20,000 nucleotides of DNA, taken from the sequence record SRR16203515_705; one strand, given 5' to 3'. Of the stretch, positions 15,642 to 20,000 are shown piece by piece; position 1 is the stretch's first letter; each line of letters begins with the position of its first letter. The position numbers were made by a program, and so were the translations under genes. Under the pieces are notes generated by a model. The model had not been told where the DNA came from. It did no database searches and worked only from the letters and a program-made list of their open reading frames with translations.

Positions 15642-16457
15642 TCACAACCGCCGGTGGGTGAGCGATGGAAATCGCGCTCTTCTTTGTTTCGCGGCGGCTC
15701 GATCAATTGTGGCAAGCACGACGCCGGGCGACTCAGAACACTCGCCGATCAGCTCTCCCCAAGGCCCCACGATCAGGCTGTGTCCATAGGTTTCCCGACC
15801 GTGCGGGTGGCGCCCGATCTGCGCCGGCGCGATAACCCAGGCCAGGTTTTCTATTGCGCGGGCGCGCAAAAGCGTATGCCAATGTGCCCGTCCAGTAGGC
15901 ACTGTAAAAGCGGACGGGATTGAAAATATTTCGGCACCCCGCTGACTTAACGCGCGATAAAGCTCTGGAAAACGCATGTCGTAGCAAATCGTCAGCCCAA
16001 ACATCATCTCCTCAACGGTTGCAGTCACCAAATCTTCTCCCGAGGCAATATAGCTCGACTCGCGATAAGCCTCCTCTTCGGAGACCTCAACATCAAAAAG
16101 ATGGATCTTGTCATAACGACACAGACGTCGACCCGTGCGATCAAACATCAAACAGGAGTTGGTCACCAGCTCATCAGCTGCGGGAAAAGGGGTAGAACCA
16201 CCGATGATCACGACGCCCTGGGCTTTTGCCATCTCACTCAAGAACGCCTCTACCTCTGCGACCCTACGCGCGGCGTCTTGCCGCTGCTCGTTGGTTTCCG
16301 CCATTAACGAAAAATTCTCGGGGAGCCCAATCACATCTGCGCCTCGTGCAGCAGCTTCAATAATTAAACCCCGAGCCGCCTCTAGATTGTCATCCAGAAT
16401 CTCATGGGAGTTCATTTGAACTGCGGCCAGAACCAGGGAAGAAAGGGAATCAGTCAT
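15642..16457 (-). CDS. Carbon-nitrogen hydrolase (Nit1-like, deaminated glutathione amidase)
   Basis: Catalytic triad motifs LPENF, YDKIHLFDV and ICYDMRFPEL, plus LLRARAIEN. Confidence 0.92.
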   Translation of the reverse strand: MTDSLSSLVLAAVQMNSHEILDDNLEAARGLIIEAAARGADVIGLPENFSLMAETNEQRQDAARRVAEVEAFLSEMAKAQGVVIIGGSTPFPAADELVTNSCLMFDRTGRRLCRYDKIHLFDVEVSEEEAYRESSYIASGEDLVTATVEEMMFGLTICYDMRFPELYRALSQRGAEIFSIPSAFTVPTGRAHWHTLLRARAIENLAWVIAPAQIGRHPHGRETYGHSLIVGPWGELIGECSESPGVVLATIDRAAAKQRRARFPSLTHRRL

Positions 16458-16463
16458 CAGCCG

Positions 16464-16865
16464 CTAATTATCGAGCCACGTGGCGGCCGGATCGCCAACC
16501 AGAATATCGAGCCTCTGTGGCTCGTCTCCGTTTTCTTGTACCCAGATAATCGAGTTCGGTATGCCGAAGGAAATAAGCCATGTTCGAAGATCGTCTGCCC
16601 ATTGTGCCGCACCCGAATCTGCAAAATGACGAATCTTGATCCGGATCATTTCCTCATCATGAACAGAATTCAGTATCTGGCGAACCGTATCGTTGGCTAA
16701 AACCGTCGATGTACTCACAACGGCAGGCCAATCAGAACGATCGAGTGTCATCCGCTGAACCGTTTCTTCATTGGCGGTACAGTCCGAAGTCGCACTGAAA
16801 AGCCCTATAACGAAAAATGTTGGGAGCGACTTACATCGATGAAAAAATCGAATCATCGAGAACAT
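16464..16865 (-). CDS. Hypothetical exported protein
   Basis: Abuts the rng stop and the nit start. Hydrophobic N-terminal stretch and WADDLRTWLISFGIP motif. Confidence 0.7.
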   Translation of the reverse strand: MFSMIRFFHRCKSLPTFFVIGLFSATSDCTANEETVQRMTLDRSDWPAVVSTSTVLANDTVRQILNSVHDEEMIRIKIRHFADSGAAQWADDLRTWLISFGIPNSIIWVQENGDEPQRLDILVGDPAATWLDN

Positions 16866-18377
16866 TTACATCAGCACCACATCATATTTTTCTTGATTTT
16901 GGGACGGCTCAACCTGAAGATGAATCGGCTTACCAATAAACTCCTGAAGATCTGCAAGACCCGTTGACTCCTCGTCCAGCAAAAGATCGATTACCGATTG
17001 GGCGGCGACAACAAGATAGCCTTTCGCCCCAAAGGCACGCGCTTCTCGTAAAATTTCGCGAAAAATTTCATAGCACACCGTTTGGGCGGTTTTCTGGGTA
17101 CCGCGGCCACTGCAAACGGGACACGTTTCCGAAATGCCGCGCTCCAGACTTTCTCGTGTTCGCTTGCGAGTCACTTCTACCAAACCGAGCACCGACATAT
17201 CAGCAATCTGACAGCGGGTTCGGTCACGAGCCAGCGCACGTTCAAATGCGCTAACAAGCTGATCCCGATGCTCCTCATCTTGCATATCAATAAAATCAAC
17301 AATAATAATGCCGCCAATATTGCGAAGCCGGAGTTGGCGCGCAATCGCTTGCGCGGCCTCCATATTGGTTTTAAAAAGCGTCTCCTCGAGATTTCGTTTA
17401 CCAACAAACCGACCCGTGTTGACATCAACCGTGGTCATCGCCTCCGTCTGGTCAAATACCAGGGAGCCCCCCGACTTGAGATTGACCGTTCGATCGAGGG
17501 CTTTTTGAATCTCGTCTTCAACCGAGTAAAGGTCAAAAATCGGCCGCTCTCCCGGGTAAACCTCAATCCGGCTCGACATTTCAGGCATCAAATCATCGGC
17601 AAACTGACGCATCAAGGCGTAGGTTTCATGAGAATCAACCCGGATTTTCTCGACGTCGTCCCGCGCAAGATCACGAATGACCCGAAGCGACAGCGGTAAG
17701 TCTGCATGAATTAGCTGAGTCCCTTTTGCCCCTGCCATCTTCTGTTCAATTTGCCGCCAACTGCGGCTGAGAAACTCAATATCTTTCCCAAATTGAATTT
17801 CTTCCTGAAATTCGGCGGCCGTTCGAACAATAAATCCCGCTGCCATGGACTGTTGGTCAATCGCCGCGTCGAGCGCCTCCAATAATCGCACCCGTTGATC
17901 GAGATCTTGAATGCGCTGAGAGATGCCCCGATGCGTAGACCCTGGCAGTAAAACAAGATAGCGTGACGGAATCGACAGCTGGGTGGTCAGTCGGGCACCC
18001 TTACTGCCAATCGGATCTTTCACAACTTGAACCACGATCTCTTGACCCTCATGCACCAGGTCTGCGATATCCGGTTTTGAGACTTTTGCTTCTGATGCTG
18101 TGACTTCAATCCTTTCTACTTCATCACTTAAACCCGTTGCATCAGGACGATGGGAAATAAAATCAGACGCGTGCAAAAAGGCAGTGCGCTCGATACCAAT
18201 ATCGACAAACGCGGCCTGCATCCCGGGCAATACACGCACGACTTTTCCCTTGTAAATATTGGCCACAATGCCGCGACTTCGGCTGCGCTCAATGTGCAAC
18301 TCCTGAAGACTGCCATTCTCAACAACGGCAACGCGTGTCTCCTGTGGCGTCACGTTGACTAATAGTTCTTCGCTCAT
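16866..18377 (-). CDS. rng: Ribonuclease G
   Basis: MSEELLVNVTPQETRVA, S1 domain VLPGMQAAFVDIG, DVNTG and GGIIIVDFIDM. Start overlaps the maf stop (ATGA). Confidence 0.96.
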   Translation of the reverse strand: MSEELLVNVTPQETRVAVVENGSLQELHIERSRSRGIVANIYKGKVVRVLPGMQAAFVDIGIERTAFLHASDFISHRPDATGLSDEVERIEVTASEAKVSKPDIADLVHEGQEIVVQVVKDPIGSKGARLTTQLSIPSRYLVLLPGSTHRGISQRIQDLDQRVRLLEALDAAIDQQSMAAGFIVRTAAEFQEEIQFGKDIEFLSRSWRQIEQKMAGAKGTQLIHADLPLSLRVIRDLARDDVEKIRVDSHETYALMRQFADDLMPEMSSRIEVYPGERPIFDLYSVEDEIQKALDRTVNLKSGGSLVFDQTEAMTTVDVNTGRFVGKRNLEETLFKTNMEAAQAIARQLRLRNIGGIIIVDFIDMQDEEHRDQLVSAFERALARDRTRCQIADMSVLGLVEVTRKRTRESLERGISETCPVCSGRGTQKTAQTVCYEIFREILREARAFGAKGYLVVAAQSVIDLLLDEESTGLADLQEFIGKPIHLQVEPSQNQEKYDVVLM

Positions 18378-18985
18378 TTTTCGATGCGCCGGTGATGCCA
18401 AGTCGGATAAACGTTTGCGTTCTTGAGCAGCCTGAATGTCTCACGAATTGGCAGGCCCATCACGCCATAATAACTGCCCCGAAGATTCTCGACGAAAACC
18501 GCCGCCCGACCTTGGATCGCATATCCACCCGCCTTATCAAATGGCTCCTTGCTCGCACAATAATCATCAATTAATGACTCGGAAAGCGAGCAAAATGTCA
18601 CTTCGCTGGTCACGATTTCCGACGCCTGTCGGTTATTCCAGAGCACACTCACCGCTGTCATGACTTCATGTGTCCGGCCCGACAACCGCCTGAGCATTTG
18701 CTTGGCATCAGGCTCACTGATTGGTTTACCAAGCGCCTCGCCGGCCACCACCACAGTGGTATCCGAACCCAGAAACACATCAATTTTTGAATCAGGTCCC
18801 AGCATCTTTTGGGCGGCAACTGCCTTCATCATACTGAGGCGCTTGGTGAGCGATGATGGATCCTCGCCCGGCATCATCGTTTCATCTACTTTAGGCTCCA
18901 CAATCTCAAACTCATATCCTGCCTGCCTGAGAAGCGCAGCACGACGTGGCGACTGGGACGCGAGACATAAACGAGTCGTCATCAC
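18374..18985 (-). CDS. maf: Maf/YhdE nucleoside triphosphate pyrophosphatase
   Basis: LASQSPRRAALL, GSDTTVV, LSGRTHEV and DKAGGYAIQG motifs. Confidence 0.95.
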   Translation of the reverse strand: MMTTRLCLASQSPRRAALLRQAGYEFEIVEPKVDETMMPGEDPSSLTKRLSMMKAVAAQKMLGPDSKIDVFLGSDTTVVVAGEALGKPISEPDAKQMLRRLSGRTHEVMTAVSVLWNNRQASEIVTSEVTFCSLSESLIDDYCASKEPFDKAGGYAIQGRAAVFVENLRGSYYGVMGLPIRETFRLLKNANVYPTWHHRRIEK

Positions 18986-19461
18986 ACTTTACCGGCCCGG
19001 TGATAGGGGAGACCTTCTAATATCGCGTAGCTACGATATAACTGCTCTGCAAGGATGACTCTCACGAGCGGATGGGCAAGTGTGAGTGATGATAAAGACC
19101 ATTTGGCATCAACAGCGCTTAAAACCTGTGCCGACAATCCCTCCGGGCCACCGATGATAAGGGCAATATCGCGCCCCATATGCATCCAGGCACTTAACGC
19201 GCCCGCCAATGTCTCTGAGTCGTAACAACGACCCGTTTGATCAAGCGCAATCTGATAACTGCCTTTCGGAACCGCCTGAAGCAATCGCTCACCTTCTTCT
19301 TGAACCACTTGGTTTGACGGCGACTTATTGCCCCGCCGCGGACTCTCCACCTCGATGAGTTCAAGCGACACGCCTTTACTGAGGCGTTTGGCATACTCCG
19401 AAAAACCGCGATCGACCCAGTCAGGCATTCGGCGCCCCACAGCCACCAGATTGATCCGCAT
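18982..19461 (-). CDS. rlmH: 23S rRNA m3Psi1915 methyltransferase RlmH
   Basis: IIGGPEGL, WSLSSLTLAHPLVRVILAEQLYR and PYHR motifs. Confidence 0.96.
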   Translation of the reverse strand: MRINLVAVGRRMPDWVDRGFSEYAKRLSKGVSLELIEVESPRRGNKSPSNQVVQEEGERLLQAVPKGSYQIALDQTGRCYDSETLAGALSAWMHMGRDIALIIGGPEGLSAQVLSAVDAKWSLSSLTLAHPLVRVILAEQLYRSYAILEGLPYHRAGKV

Positions 19462-19464
19462 TTT

Positions 19465-19863
19465 TTAGGCCTCTGTCGAGCCTTCGACCTGTTGTCCCCT
19501 AGCCCGACTAAGTTGCAAGCCCAGACGCTCGTTCCAGAGTCCTTCAAGATCATAGAACTCCCGGGTCGCAGGCACCATCAAGTGCACAATTACGTCGCCA
19601 AAATCCAGTAATACCCACTCGCCTTCGCTCTCACCCTCTGCGCCGATCGGTTTAAGGCTGTATTTAACCCCCGCCTCGCGAACCTTTTCCGCAAGTGCCA
19701 TCACGTGCCGGGTTGAAGTACCGCTCGCCACCACCATCCAGTCTGCGATCTGAGTGAAAGGGCGAATATCGAGCTCGAGAATATTTTCAGCTTTGGCATC
19801 ATCAAGCGCCTCAATAATCCACTGGCGAATGCCGTCCAGATAATTTTCAGTTTCATCATTCAT
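19465..19863 (-). CDS. rsfS: Ribosome silencing factor RsfS
   Basis: ALDDAKAENI, VVASGTSTRHV, WVLLDFGDVIVH and REFYDLEGLW motifs. Confidence 0.96.
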   Translation of the reverse strand: MNDETENYLDGIRQWIIEALDDAKAENILELDIRPFTQIADWMVVASGTSTRHVMALAEKVREAGVKYSLKPIGAEGESEGEWVLLDFGDVIVHLMVPATREFYDLEGLWNERLGLQLSRARGQQVEGSTEA

Positions 19864-20000
19864 ATAACTGATGCTCCCTTATGTATTGAGCGATAGCAAG
19901 AGGTACTTTCATTTCGACTGATTTTTTTTTGGCTAAATCCGACCGGATGTCTGCCGATGAAACATCAACCGGAGGCACTGCCACGGATTTGATCCAGCCT
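19856..20000 (-). CDS. nadD: 3' end of nicotinate-nucleotide adenylyltransferase NadD (partial)
   Basis: Manual translation GWIKSVAVPPVDVSSADIRSDLAKKKSVEMKVPLAIAQYIREHQLYE* contains an SSxxIR motif and a YI..H.LY end. nadD-rsfS-rlmH synteny is well known. Confidence 0.85.
   Translation of the reverse strand, partial: GWIKSVAVPPVDVSSADIRSDLAKKKSVEMKVPLAIAQYIREHQLYE

Noticed and set aside
17082-17699. 205-aa antisense ORF and other shadow ORFs (e.g. 2316-2702, 8980-9351, 9952-10344, 18660-19058)
   Set aside because: They overlap well-supported genes and have no recognisable motifs.
1-20000. CRISPR array or cas operon accompanying cas6
   Set aside because: No regularly spaced direct repeats and no other cas-like ORFs seen; intergenic gaps are short and non-repetitive.

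Overview
Chromosomal region of a sulfur-oxidising Gammaproteobacterium (taxonomy inferred from gene content and synteny). Left part (1-6.7 kb): a cluster of genes of the kind found near reverse-Dsr loci. It holds a TauD-like dioxygenase, small hypothetical proteins, an orphan Cas6/Cmx6-like RAMP protein with no CRISPR array or other cas genes in the window, a cysteine-less DsrC/TusE paralogue, Sfum_1244-like and Alvin_2107-like proteins, and dsrS interrupted by a single in-frame TGA. Middle: a soxXYZAB operon without soxCD, then bepA, an aminotransferase and tusA-dsrE2. Right: housekeeping operon nadD-rsfS-rlmH-maf-rng-hyp-nit followed by a 2OG-Fe(II) oxygenase, lacking the usual yhdP and tldD. 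The best candidate for an under-described system is the tauD-like / hyp / hyp / solo cas6 / Cys-less dsrC / hyp operon. All family calls are from motif recognition, not database searches.
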